NCBI GenBank assembly: GCA_963734275.1 | Contig: CAVTGO010000006.1 | Location: forward strand, 15,274 to 79,273 | Direction: 5' to 3' | Source of the DNA: an uncultured Actinomycetes bacterium | GTDB taxonomy: Bacteria; Actinomycetota; UBA4738; HRBIN12 | Length of the DNA: 64,000 bases | Shown: in pieces, positions 20,083 through 29,432 of the stretch | Layout of the letters: each line of letters starts with the position of its first letter | Position numbering within the stretch: the stretch's first letter is position 1 | Made by a program: the position numbers and the translations under genes | The notes under the pieces: model-generated | Told to the model about the DNA's origin: nothing | The model's input: only the letters and a program-made list of their open reading frames with translations | The model's database searches: none

Positions 20083-21069
20083 ATGTCGAGATCGATAGGG
20101 CTGAGTCTTCCGAACCGCGGTGTGCTGTTTGGGGCGACGACGGTAGAGGAGCTTTATTCGCTGACCGCCCAGGCAGAGGAATCGGGATTCTTCGATTCCG
20201 TATGGGTCGGCGACGGCTTGATCGCGAAGCCTCGCTTGGAAGCGATAGCGACGATGTCTGCACTGGCAGCTCGGACGGTCCGCCTCAAGCTCGGTGTCTG
20301 CTGCATGGCAACGTTCCCCCTTCGGAACCCCGTACTGCTCGCCTGCCAGTGGGCCAGCCTCGATGTGATCTCGGGGGGAAGATCCCTACTGGCCGTGTGT
20401 CTGGGAGCACCTACAGGAAGGGGCGGCGCCAACTTCGCGGCTGAGTTGCAGGCCATGGGCGTGACGGGCAACGAGCGCGTCGGGCGCCTGGAAGAAGGCA
20501 TCGAACTCATCCGGAAGGCGTGGTCGGGACCCACGTCGCACGAAGGTCGGTACTGGCGATTCCCAACCATCGACCTCGAACCCAAGCCCGTCCAGGATCC
20601 GTGTCCGATCTGGATCGCCAGCAATCCGGATCCGTCGAAGCTGAGCGCCGAGCGCTACCAGAGAGCGATCGAACGTGTCGCCAGGATGGCGGATGGATGG
20701 ATGTCGACCGTCGTATCACCGGATGACTTCGGGGCGAGATGGGGAGACATCAGACGGCTGGCGGAGGGCCTGGGACGCGAGAGCGGGTCGCTCTCCTCGG
20801 CCGTCCACCTGATGATCAACATCCAGAACGACGAGACGACCGCGCGCCGCGAAGCTAAGCGGTTCTTGGACGAGTACTACTCCACCGACACGAAGCCGGA
20901 AGTGATGGACGTCTGGGGAGCGTATGGGACCCCCGAGCACATCGCGTCGCGTGTGGAAGAATACCGGACTCGAGGCGTGGACATCCCCATCATCCGCTTC
21001 GCCTCCTTCGATCAGAAGGGGCAGATGGAGCGGGCTTTGGATGAACTCCTGCCGGGTCTTGCGGCGTGA
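20083..21069 (+). CDS. LLM-class F420-dependent oxidoreductase
   Basis: Translation IGLSLPNRG...FDSVWVGDGLIAKPRLEAI...SGGRSLLAVCLG is typical of the F420-dependent LLM subgroup. GGAGGG lies upstream of the ATG. Confidence 0.82.
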   Translation: MSRSIGLSLPNRGVLFGATTVEELYSLTAQAEESGFFDSVWVGDGLIAKPRLEAIATMSALAARTVRLKLGVCCMATFPLRNPVLLACQWASLDVISGGRSLLAVCLGAPTGRGGANFAAELQAMGVTGNERVGRLEEGIELIRKAWSGPTSHEGRYWRFPTIDLEPKPVQDPCPIWIASNPDPSKLSAERYQRAIERVARMADGWMSTVVSPDDFGARWGDIRRLAEGLGRESGSLSSAVHLMINIQNDETTARREAKRFLDEYYSTDTKPEVMDVWGAYGTPEHIASRVEEYRTRGVDIPIIRFASFDQKGQMERALDELLPGLAA

Positions 21070-22229
21070 GCATCGACCGCGCCTGGATGGAGCGTTTCTT
21101 GGTCGATCTGTTGCGCGCAGATACTCAGGTTCCGCTAGGAGAAACGGAGCTGGCCCCCGGCGATGCGAGGATCGTGAAGGCGATCGATGACGTGGTGATG
21201 CCTTCTATCGAGGAACTGCAACCCGATGAGGTTCGGCGTCATGACTTGGGAGACGTGGCTGTTCGCTTCGGTCCCGAGGGTGCCGACGGGCTCCTCATCC
21301 AGACATACATCGTCTCGCAGCATTCCAACCTCATGGACGATCCCAACGTCGGAACCATCGCCGACGGAGAGCTCTACGGTCTCTCCGGACCATGCGGGGT
21401 TGGTCAGGGAGCGACTCAGAACAAGGGTCCGATGGCGAGCGCGATCGCCGCGGTCCGTTCGCTGCCTCGAGATCTCAAGCAGCCCGTGTGGATCGCCGTC
21501 AACGGTGAGGGCAGGAGCTCGCACGATGGATCACGGCGCGTCATCGACGATCTGCGCCTCCGCGCCGCTCACGGGATCGTCGCCTTCGGAACGGATCTGC
21601 GCGTCTCGCTCGGCAACCGAGGGCGCGTTGACATCGAGGTTTCCGTGCGAGGTCGCTCATGCCACTCCAGCCAACCGTGGTTGGGGCTCAATCCGATCGA
21701 GGGCGCCGCGGATGTGGTCCGCGCCCTCCGGTCGGTGTCTCTGCCGGAAGCCCATCCCGAGTTGGGCGGAGTGACGATCACTCCGTACCAGGTGCGTTGT
21801 TTTCCCGTGGCCCCCCACACCATCCCGGAGAGGGTGGATATCGTCATCGATCGTCGTCTCCTCCCCGGGGAGGACCCCTCGACCGTCATCGACGACCTCC
21901 GTTCTCATCTCTCGGATGAGCAGATTGCGGAGGTTGACGTCGAAGGGGGAGCGTCGATGCTGCCGGCGGCGGTTTCCCCCGACTCACGTGTGGTGCGGCA
22001 CTTGCTCGAGGGCCTCACGTCGCAAGGACGGAGGTCGGAGACGTTCTGGAGTCTCAACACGTTCGATGCGGGTTACGCATGTTCCGTCGGCATTCCCACG
22101 CCGATGTTCGGTCCCGGGAAGCGCGACTTCACGGGTGAGGGTCTCGTGGGGACCGACGCGATCTCTGTCGATGACTGTGAAGCCGCTGCGGCCACGATCC
22201 TTCACGCGGCCATGGCGCTCTGTTCGTAG
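21066..22229 (+). CDS. M20-family metallohydrolase (ArgE/DapE/ACY1-like deacylase)
   Basis: M20-like translation. The GTG start overlaps the upstream stop (GTGA). Confidence 0.75.
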   Translation: MSIDRAWMERFLVDLLRADTQVPLGETELAPGDARIVKAIDDVVMPSIEELQPDEVRRHDLGDVAVRFGPEGADGLLIQTYIVSQHSNLMDDPNVGTIADGELYGLSGPCGVGQGATQNKGPMASAIAAVRSLPRDLKQPVWIAVNGEGRSSHDGSRRVIDDLRLRAAHGIVAFGTDLRVSLGNRGRVDIEVSVRGRSCHSSQPWLGLNPIEGAADVVRALRSVSLPEAHPELGGVTITPYQVRCFPVAPHTIPERVDIVIDRRLLPGEDPSTVIDDLRSHLSDEQIAEVDVEGGASMLPAAVSPDSRVVRHLLEGLTSQGRRSETFWSLNTFDAGYACSVGIPTPMFGPGKRDFTGEGLVGTDAISVDDCEAAAATILHAAMALCS

Positions 22230-22260
22230 GGCAGCGAAGAAGAGATCTCGGGGGCGAACC

Positions 22261-23271
22261 GTGCGATTCGGCTTTGCGCAGATCCTCAGCGAGGACTTTC
22301 GAAAGCACGTCGGGCTCGTGAGATTCGCGGAGGAGCTTGGGTTCGATCACGCATGGATCACCGACCAGACGTTCTATCGCGATCCCTACGTGATCCTGGG
22401 GTTGGCCGCTCAGGCCACCGAACGGATCGCGCTTGGGATCGGGGTTACCAACCCCTACACGAGACATCCTGCGATGACCGCGAGAGCGGTCGCGACCTTG
22501 CATGAAGCCGCGCCCGGCCGGATCCACCTCGGGATCGGCGCAGGCAACCGCCGGGAGCTCCTGAGTCCGCTGGGGATCGATGGCTCCCACGATTCCGAGC
22601 GCTGTCGGGAAACCCTCGAGATCGTTCGCCGCCTTCTTACCGGCACGATGACGACCTACGTGGGCGATCATTATGGCGTTCGAGATGTCGAGCTTCGAAC
22701 GGCTGCGGCGCCGGAGGTCCGCTTGTATATCGGGGGCCGTGGCTCGCGCATCCTTCAGGCTGCGGGCGAAGTGGCCGACGGAGTCATCATCGGTGGACTG
22801 TCTACCGCCGCGGGCATGCGCTATGTATGGGATCACGTCGGCGCTGGAGGGAAGCGCGCGAAGCGCGACCTCGGTGAGTTGGAAGTCGTCTGCTGGATCA
22901 GCTGTTACCTCACCGAGCGCCCTGCGGCCAAACGCGAGGCGATCAAACCGTGGATCGCCCACTTCGTCGGTGAGGCACCTCGTGGAGTATTGGAGGCCAT
23001 CGAGGTGTCGGACGGGGTCGTGCAAGCGATCAAGTCGATGTATCTGCAGGGCGGCAGCACCGCGGCCGCCCCGTACGTTACCGAGGAGTGCATCGACGCC
23101 TTCAGCTTGATCACGGAGCCCGACAAGGGGGCAGATCGGATCGATGCTCTGAGCCGGGCGGGGGTGACGCAGTTCTGCATGCTGCTACCGATCGGGTCGG
23201 TCGACGACCACCGAAAGCAGCTAGAGGAGTTCGCCGAAGTCGTCTTCCCCAGATTCGCCGACAAGCGTTAA
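22261..23271 (+). CDS. LLM-class oxidoreductase (methylene-H4MPT-reductase-like)
   Basis: From GTG 22261: VRFGFAQILSE...LGFDHAWITDQTFYRDPY...GIGVTNPYTRHPAMTA. The longer ORF from 21916 overlaps the M20 gene and is Arg-rich. Confidence 0.8.
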   Translation: MRFGFAQILSEDFRKHVGLVRFAEELGFDHAWITDQTFYRDPYVILGLAAQATERIALGIGVTNPYTRHPAMTARAVATLHEAAPGRIHLGIGAGNRRELLSPLGIDGSHDSERCRETLEIVRRLLTGTMTTYVGDHYGVRDVELRTAAAPEVRLYIGGRGSRILQAAGEVADGVIIGGLSTAAGMRYVWDHVGAGGKRAKRDLGELEVVCWISCYLTERPAAKREAIKPWIAHFVGEAPRGVLEAIEVSDGVVQAIKSMYLQGGSTAAAPYVTEECIDAFSLITEPDKGADRIDALSRAGVTQFCMLLPIGSVDDHRKQLEEFAEVVFPRFADKR

Positions 23272-23289
23272 CTGGGCTCCGCGACCAGG

Positions 23290-23505
23290 CTAGGTATGGT
23301 CTTCGCCTCCCGCTTCAGCATCCTTGTCGATGGCCAGGACTCCCCCCGTCGCCCAATCCTCGCGCGGGTAGTCCTGGATCACGACCTGCAGGCTCTCCCG
23401 AGTTATGCCGGCGTGCTCCTCTACCGCGTCGGTGATCGCCCTCGCCAGGTCACGCTTCTGCTCGACGGTCCGCCCTTCCCATAGCATCACGATCACGACC
23501 GCCAT
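23290..23505 (-). CDS. 4-oxalocrotonate tautomerase family protein
   Basis: 71 aa with the typical pattern GRTVEQKRDLARAITDAVEEHAGI...VVIQDYPREDWATGG. Confidence 0.8.
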   Translation of the reverse strand: MAVVIVMLWEGRTVEQKRDLARAITDAVEEHAGITRESLQVVIQDYPREDWATGGVLAIDKDAEAGGEDHT

Positions 23506-23555
23506 GACATCCCTCCTGATCGGACGACACCGTTACTCTACGCATCGAGGGTTGG

Positions 23556-24809
23556 TCATTCCCGATCCCTTTCAAGAGGGTCGGCCCCGGGCGGTACGCC
23601 CTTCATTTCTGCCTGACCTTCAGTCGTTGACGAGGATCGCAGCTCGTGATCCAACCTGCGCAGCGGAGACATCATCGGAGCAAGGGCAACGCCCACAACG
23701 GCCATGACCAGAAAGGCCACTTGCAGGGAGGAAGCGGCGACGCACGCCGCGACTGCGACCGGCGATGACAGCTTGCCAAGGTTCCGAGCCGTTTGACTGA
23801 CGGATACCATGCCAGCGCGCAGGTGCGACCTGGCGGTGTGACTCGCGTACATGTCCGAGAGGACCGCCAGCACCCCATCCCCGACCCCGTAGATAGCAGC
23901 GCCGGCAAGTGCCCACCGCCAGTCTGGGGCAAGAGCGAAGACGACGATGGAGGTCGCGATCCCTAAGAAGCTTCCTAGGACCGCCGCGGACGGGCGAACC
24001 CTTCGGATGATCGCGGGGACTCGCGTAGTCGTCAGAAGGGTGACGACAGCGGCCAGAGATATGACGAGCCCCACCTGCGTCACGGAAGCATCCCGTTCCT
24101 TGACGAGGAGGATGGGAAGGTAGCCAAGCATCACGAACTTGAAGAAGAAGCGGCCGAACTGCGCAAGGAGAGTCGTCGACAGGCTAGGTTCGGTACGCAG
24201 TACGCGAGAGAGGTCTCGAGCGTAGTGCCGTTCTCCACCCAGATACGTGCGCGACTCGTCCATGATCATGAAGGACAGGATGGCGAGCGGGATCGTCACG
24301 GCCTGCATGAAAAGAGGAGCCCTCCATGAGATCCCCACCACCAAAGCACCCACGATGGGCAGAACGACGTCGCCGGCGGCGAGGAAGGAGTTCCTCCCGA
24401 CGAACGCTCGGATCCTCTGGGGCCCGCTGAACTCCGCCCCTAACAGGGTGATCGTCAGCGGCAGTACCGCCGCGAAACAGCTCCCCTGAACGGCTCGCAT
24501 CGCTAGCAGCAGCGGAAAGCTGGTGGTGATCCCCTCGATGATCGCCGCAACACCGGAGGCCGTGAGAGCGACACAGAAGAGAAGGCGTCTCCCGACAAGG
24601 TCCCCCAGGATGCCCAGCGGAACAGCGAGGAAGACGCCCGGAAGTACGTAGGCCGTGGTGACCAACCCGATCCGGCTGTCGCTGAGCCCGAGCTGGCGCT
24701 GCAATTCGGGGAGGGCGGGCGCCACAGCTTGGATCCCAAGGGTCATCCCGACGCCTCCCAACGAGATCACCGCTATGAAGGTCCTCGGGCCGACTCTCCG
24801 GACCGTCAT
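23556..24809 (-). CDS. MFS transporter
   Basis: 12-TM-like hydrophobic profile and the MFS loop motif GDLVGRR. Confidence 0.85.
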   Translation of the reverse strand: MTVRRVGPRTFIAVISLGGVGMTLGIQAVAPALPELQRQLGLSDSRIGLVTTAYVLPGVFLAVPLGILGDLVGRRLLFCVALTASGVAAIIEGITTSFPLLLAMRAVQGSCFAAVLPLTITLLGAEFSGPQRIRAFVGRNSFLAAGDVVLPIVGALVVGISWRAPLFMQAVTIPLAILSFMIMDESRTYLGGERHYARDLSRVLRTEPSLSTTLLAQFGRFFFKFVMLGYLPILLVKERDASVTQVGLVISLAAVVTLLTTTRVPAIIRRVRPSAAVLGSFLGIATSIVVFALAPDWRWALAGAAIYGVGDGVLAVLSDMYASHTARSHLRAGMVSVSQTARNLGKLSSPVAVAACVAASSLQVAFLVMAVVGVALAPMMSPLRRLDHELRSSSTTEGQAEMKGVPPGADPLERDRE

Positions 24810-24923
24810 CGATGGCTCCGCGCCGGCATGAGGAGCGTCCTTCTTGTCGATGCCCTACAGAGTGGCTGACCAGTCGATGGACTCGGGGTGCGGCGAACTC
24901 ACGACGTTCGATCACCTCAAGTT

Positions 24924-25847
24924 CTACGCAACTGCCTGGACGCGGAACGTGTCACCGACAGAGATGCCGAGCTCAGTGGCGAGATCCCCTGCCGGCTCCT
25001 TTTCGCGTCGTTCACCTCGCATGCGTCCGACAAGAACTGCCCCACCATGCGCGGCAACGACTACTCCCTCACCTGAGATGGCGAGCACTTCACCTGGTTC
25101 CCCATGGCCGTCGACCAGCGCGGCATCGAAGATATCCACGCGCTTCCCCTTGATGGTGCCCCACGCTCCGGGCGCGGGGTCGGCCGCACGGATCTTGGCG
25201 AAGACGTCGGCGATCTGTTGATCCCAATCGAGCTCCGCGATCGACTTGTCGTACCAGGACTCGTAGGAACCGGCGTCGAGATCCTGCCCGTGCTTGAGGA
25301 GCACTCCCGCCTTCACCAGGTCGAGGCTCTCCATCATCGCGTCCACACCCATCGGGAAGAGCTTCTTGAAGTAGACGTCTCCGACGGTCTCGCTCGGTCC
25401 GATCTCGCAGGTCTTCTGCAGCAAGATCGGTCCCTCGTCCAAGCCTTCGTTTGGCCAGAAGATGGTGAGCCCCGTCATCGTGTCTCCGACGGAGATCGCC
25501 CAGTTGACCGAGGAGGGCCCTCGGTGCAGCGGGAGCAACGAGGGATGGTATTGGAACGTGCCGAACCTGGGCGCGTTCAGGACCGGCTCAGGCACAGGCA
25601 GCAGGACGTACGCCATCATGCAGATGTCTGCTTCCAGGGACTCCATCAGCTGCAGCGCCTCCGGAGTCTTCCAAGACGTCGGCAGGTACAAGGGCAGGCC
25701 CGCCTCTCTCGCGAGAGCAACGAGCGCGTCTTCTCCGGCTTCGCCTTCCGGTGCAGAACAGACCGCGACGACGTTGTCGCCACGATGCAACAACCTTTCG
25801 AGCACCGCCTTACCGAAGGCCCGCTGGCCGTGAACGACTAGCCGCAT
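24924..25847 (-). CDS. Formyltransferase-family protein (Fmt / 10-formyl-THF-utilising fold, N- and C-terminal domains)
   Basis: FQYHPSLLPLHRGPSSVNWAI and TGLTIFWPNEGLDEGPILLQ match the formyl_trans_N catalytic core (N..H..D pattern). Confidence 0.8.
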   Translation of the reverse strand: MRLVVHGQRAFGKAVLERLLHRGDNVVAVCSAPEGEAGEDALVALAREAGLPLYLPTSWKTPEALQLMESLEADICMMAYVLLPVPEPVLNAPRFGTFQYHPSLLPLHRGPSSVNWAISVGDTMTGLTIFWPNEGLDEGPILLQKTCEIGPSETVGDVYFKKLFPMGVDAMMESLDLVKAGVLLKHGQDLDAGSYESWYDKSIAELDWDQQIADVFAKIRAADPAPGAWGTIKGKRVDIFDAALVDGHGEPGEVLAISGEGVVVAAHGGAVLVGRMRGERREKEPAGDLATELGISVGDTFRVQAVA

Positions 25848-25964
25848 GACATCTCCCTCTCAGGGTGTGCACACTGCTGCTGTGACCAGCCGGATCCGCG
25901 GTTCGCGCTGTGATCCTCCGCGGATGCCGCTCCTGCCCATCGCGCGTCGTGGCGCCTCCCGTGG

Positions 25965-27242
25965 CTACTCGGTCACCATGGGCGGTGGTTCGCCAACAGC
26001 ACCGGATGCCTTGATCTCCTGGAGCTCGCTCTCGGAAACACCGAGCACATCACTGAGGATCTCGTCCGTGTGCTCGCCGAGCAACGGGGCCCGCGCTACT
26101 TCCGTCGAGCTATCTGAGAGCTTGATGGGATTCCCCACAGACACGTACGTACCCCGCTTCGGATGCTCCACCTCGACGATGGTGCCGGTCGCGCGCAAAG
26201 CCTCGTCCTCGGCGAGTTCCTTCATCGAAAGAACCGGCCCGCACGGGATATCGACCGCGCTACATATGTCCATCACCTCGAACTTCGTCTTGGTCTTGGT
26301 CCACCCCTCTATCTCGTCGAATATCTGAGCAAGCTTGTCCAAGCGAGCGGCCGGAGTTGCGTACCCTGGATCGCTGACCCACTCGGGCTTCCCGATCACA
26401 TCGCAGATCTTGTCCCAGACCGGTGCTTGGGTGATGAAGTACACGTAGGCGTTGGGGTCGGTGTCCCATCCCTTGCACTTGAGGATCCATCCAGGCTGGC
26501 CTCCTCCGGAATCGTTCCCTGCCCTCGGTACTGCCTCATCGAATGGGATACGGCGGCCGAATTGGCTGTATTCCCTGAGAGGCCCACGTTCCAGTCGCTG
26601 CTGATCGCGCAGCTTGACCCGGCACAAGTTCAGCACGCCATCCTGCATGGCCGCTTGCACCCTCTGGCCGCGCCCTGTGATCTGGCGTTGGAACAGCGCG
26701 ACAACGATCCCGAGCGCCAGGTTCAGTCCCGTGCCGGAATCAGCGATCTGCGCACCCGAGACCGTGGGTGGTCCATCGAGAAACCCGGTCGTCGACGCGG
26801 CACCGCCCGCGCATTGGGCGATGTTCTCGTACACCTTGTACTCCTGATACGGACCTTGGCCGAATCCCTTCACCGATGCCATGATCATCCGTGGGTTCAG
26901 CTCTTGGATGCGCTCCCAACCGAAACCCATGCGGGCAAGCGCGCCCGGTGCGAAGTTCTCGACCAGCACGTCGCAGTGCTTCACGAGACGTTCCAAGATC
27001 TGCTTACCGGTCTCGTTCTTGGTATCGAGCGTGATGGAGCGCTTGTTGTGATTGAGCATCGTGAAGTAGAGACTGTCCACGTCTGGGATGTCGCGGAGCT
27101 GTGCCCGCGTTGCATCCCCTACCCCGGGTCGTTCGACCTTGATGACGTCTGCCCCGAACCAGGCCAGCAGTTGCGTGCATGCTGGCCCTGACTGGACGTG
27201 GGTAAAGTCGAGGATGCGAACGCCGGTGAGTGCCTTGTCCAT
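25965..27242 (-). CDS. frc: Formyl-CoA:oxalate CoA-transferase
   Basis: Long stretches match my recollection of Oxalobacter Frc: [126 protein letters not shown] 27242 has GGAGGA upstream. Confidence 0.9.
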   Translation of the reverse strand: MDKALTGVRILDFTHVQSGPACTQLLAWFGADVIKVERPGVGDATRAQLRDIPDVDSLYFTMLNHNKRSITLDTKNETGKQILERLVKHCDVLVENFAPGALARMGFGWERIQELNPRMIMASVKGFGQGPYQEYKVYENIAQCAGGAASTTGFLDGPPTVSGAQIADSGTGLNLALGIVVALFQRQITGRGQRVQAAMQDGVLNLCRVKLRDQQRLERGPLREYSQFGRRIPFDEAVPRAGNDSGGGQPGWILKCKGWDTDPNAYVYFITQAPVWDKICDVIGKPEWVSDPGYATPAARLDKLAQIFDEIEGWTKTKTKFEVMDICSAVDIPCGPVLSMKELAEDEALRATGTIVEVEHPKRGTYVSVGNPIKLSDSSTEVARAPLLGEHTDEILSDVLGVSESELQEIKASGAVGEPPPMVTE

Positions 27243-27347
27243 CCTGTCCTCCAGCACATTCTCGTGGTTGTCCCAGTGCGCCCATGATCGGTCGTGATCG
27301 CGACCCTTCGAGTACGCGTCATCGGCGTGAGGGTTGCGCGTGTCCGA

Positions 27348-29093
27348 TCACTTGTACATCGTTTGCGCCTTCGTGCCGGGGGCGTACTCGCGAGGGTCAA
27401 CCCAGATATTCACTACGGCCGACTTGCCGGTCTTGTCGATCTGTTGTCTGGCACGTTGGAGAGCAGGCTGGATCTCAGCAGCCTCGCGCACCTCTTCGCC
27501 GAAACCACCGAGCATCTCCGCGAAACGTGAGAATGGCACGTCGCCGAGCTGGTTGCCGACGCTGCCGCGCTCTTCGCCGTACTTCGAGATCTGTCCATAT
27601 CGGATCTGGTTCATCGCCGAGTTGTTGCCGATGACCGCCAGGAAGGGGGCGTTGAAGCGATTGGCGGTCTCGATGTCGAAGGCCGTCATTCCGAAGGAAC
27701 CGTCTCCGTAATAGCAGAGCACTTCCTTGTGTGGGTGCGCCAGCTTTGCCGCCAGCGCGAATCCGGTCCCAACTCCGAGCGACCCGAGCGCGCCCGGATC
27801 CATCCAGCCGCCAGGCTGGCGTGGGCGAACGGCCTGTGCCGAGATGGTAACGACATCACCACCATCCCCGATATAGATCGTGTCCTCGATCATGAACTCG
27901 TTGAGCTCGTAGGCCACACGATATGGGTGGATCGGTGACGCGTCGGATCTGAGGAGGGGCATGATCCTCTCGAGGGCGAGCGCCTCAGCCTGACGAAGCT
28001 GCTCCATCCACTGCTTGCGTGCGAGGCGCTTGTCCTCATCGATCATCTCGGAGGCCGCCTGGAGTACTGCACCCAGGATCGCACCTGGATCGCCGACGAG
28101 ACCCAATGAGATGTCACGGTTCTTTCCGACGGTTCGATAGTCCCGGTCGATCTGGACCAATATCGCGCCGTCGGAGATGCGCTTGCCGTATCCCATGCGG
28201 AAGTCGAACGGCGTTCCCACGACCACGATCACGTCGGCGTCCTTGAAGGCCATCGAGCGTGTGCGGTCGAAGTGATGCTCGTCTCCGGGAGGGAGCAGAC
28301 CTCGGCTGGCTCCGTTGAAGTAGCCGGGGATGTCGAGACCGCGCAGCAGAGCAACCGCTTGCTCATGGCCGCGCGAGATGAAGACCTGTTGCCCGTAGAG
28401 GGCAGCGGGCCGCTCGGCGTTGACCAGGATCTTGGCCAGTTCCACGATGTCGGCCGGGTCGCCCACAGACTTGACGGAGGCTCGATAGGCCCCCGGCTTC
28501 GGGATGACGGCCTTGTCGATCGGGATCTCACGGTCGAGCACGTCGCGGGGGATCTCCAAGAAGGACGGTCCGAAGGCCCCGCTGAAGCACTCGCGTGCTG
28601 CCATGGAGACCATGTCGGCGATGCGTTCGGTCGAGGGAACGGTGGAGGCGAACTTGGTGATCGGCCTCATCAGGTCTACATGCGGAAGATCCTGCAAGGA
28701 ACCCATCCTGTGCTGAGTGAGCGCTCCCTGGCCGGCGATATGGAGTACGGGACTCTCCGAACGGAAGGCCGTTGCGATCCCAGTGACGGCGTTCGTACAG
28801 CCGGGTCCGGCAGTCGTGACGACGCAGCCCAGGCGGCCCGTCTGGCGTGCGTAACCATCGGCTGCGTGGGCAGCTACTTGCTCGTGGCGGACGTCCACGA
28901 TGCGGATGCCTTCGTCGATGCACCCGTTATAGATGTCGATGATGTGTCCACCGCAGAGCGTGAAGATGGTGTCGACGCCTTCATTCTTCAGCGCCTTAGC
29001 CACCAGCCGACCGCCCGAGACGACGTCACCGCGCGTGCCGTTCCTTGCGAGCGATCCTTCGGTCGTACTCGAAGTGGCCCGCTCCCGTGACAT
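27348..29093 (-). CDS. oxc: ThDP-dependent decarboxylase, probable oxalyl-CoA decarboxylase
   Basis: Acetolactate-synthase-like ThDP fold (RHEQVAAHAADGYAR, TAGPGCTNAVTG, GDGSFG...NNS ThDP motif). It lies immediately upstream of frc in the same operon. The product assignment rests partly on this context. Confidence 0.75.
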   Translation of the reverse strand: MSRERATSSTTEGSLARNGTRGDVVSGGRLVAKALKNEGVDTIFTLCGGHIIDIYNGCIDEGIRIVDVRHEQVAAHAADGYARQTGRLGCVVTTAGPGCTNAVTGIATAFRSESPVLHIAGQGALTQHRMGSLQDLPHVDLMRPITKFASTVPSTERIADMVSMAARECFSGAFGPSFLEIPRDVLDREIPIDKAVIPKPGAYRASVKSVGDPADIVELAKILVNAERPAALYGQQVFISRGHEQAVALLRGLDIPGYFNGASRGLLPPGDEHHFDRTRSMAFKDADVIVVVGTPFDFRMGYGKRISDGAILVQIDRDYRTVGKNRDISLGLVGDPGAILGAVLQAASEMIDEDKRLARKQWMEQLRQAEALALERIMPLLRSDASPIHPYRVAYELNEFMIEDTIYIGDGGDVVTISAQAVRPRQPGGWMDPGALGSLGVGTGFALAAKLAHPHKEVLCYYGDGSFGMTAFDIETANRFNAPFLAVIGNNSAMNQIRYGQISKYGEERGSVGNQLGDVPFSRFAEMLGGFGEEVREAAEIQPALQRARQQIDKTGKSAVVNIWVDPREYAPGTKAQTMYK

Positions 29094-29244
29094 ACGCTCC
29101 CCTCGCCGGTGGGTTCGTGACGACGATTGTGTCAGGGCGCCGCCCAGGTCCGTGACCTGCTCGTGCCCTGGAGGTCGGCCGCAACGGAGAGCTGGCTCGC
29201 GACCCGATCAGGCCCCCACCGCCGCCGACACCACCGGTCCAGAA

Positions 29245-29254
29245 CTGTATACAA
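29245..29254. promoter_or_regulatory. Candidate GntR-type operator CTGTATACAA (site 1 of a tandem pair)
   Basis: About 150 nt upstream of the oxc start, between oxc and the GntR gene. ACCCGG follows. Confidence 0.5.
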
Positions 29255-29268
29255 ACCCGGGGTCAGGA

Positions 29269-29278
29269 CTGTATACAA
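29269..29278. promoter_or_regulatory. Candidate GntR-type operator CTGTATACAA (site 2 of a tandem pair)
   Basis: Identical 10-mer 24 bp from site 1. Confidence 0.5.
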
Positions 29279-29432
29279 CCTGAGTGCCAAACTGTCCAGA
29301 GGTTCCGTTTCAGAGGTCCCCCGAAGCTCCGAGAACCAAGGGCGGTCACTGCGCCCGCCCCGCCCGCCATCTGCTGATAGCGACGATGTGGGTTGCCGAC
29401 GAGACCGCTCAGGGAAAGGTTGCTAGGGCGGT

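Noticed and set aside
25865-25874. Perfect 10-bp palindrome GTGTGCACAC upstream of the formyltransferase Shine-Dalgarno
   Set aside because: It is a single occurrence with no second copy noticed, and it cannot form a useful hairpin (no loop). It is mentioned under the frc-oxc finding but not called as a feature.
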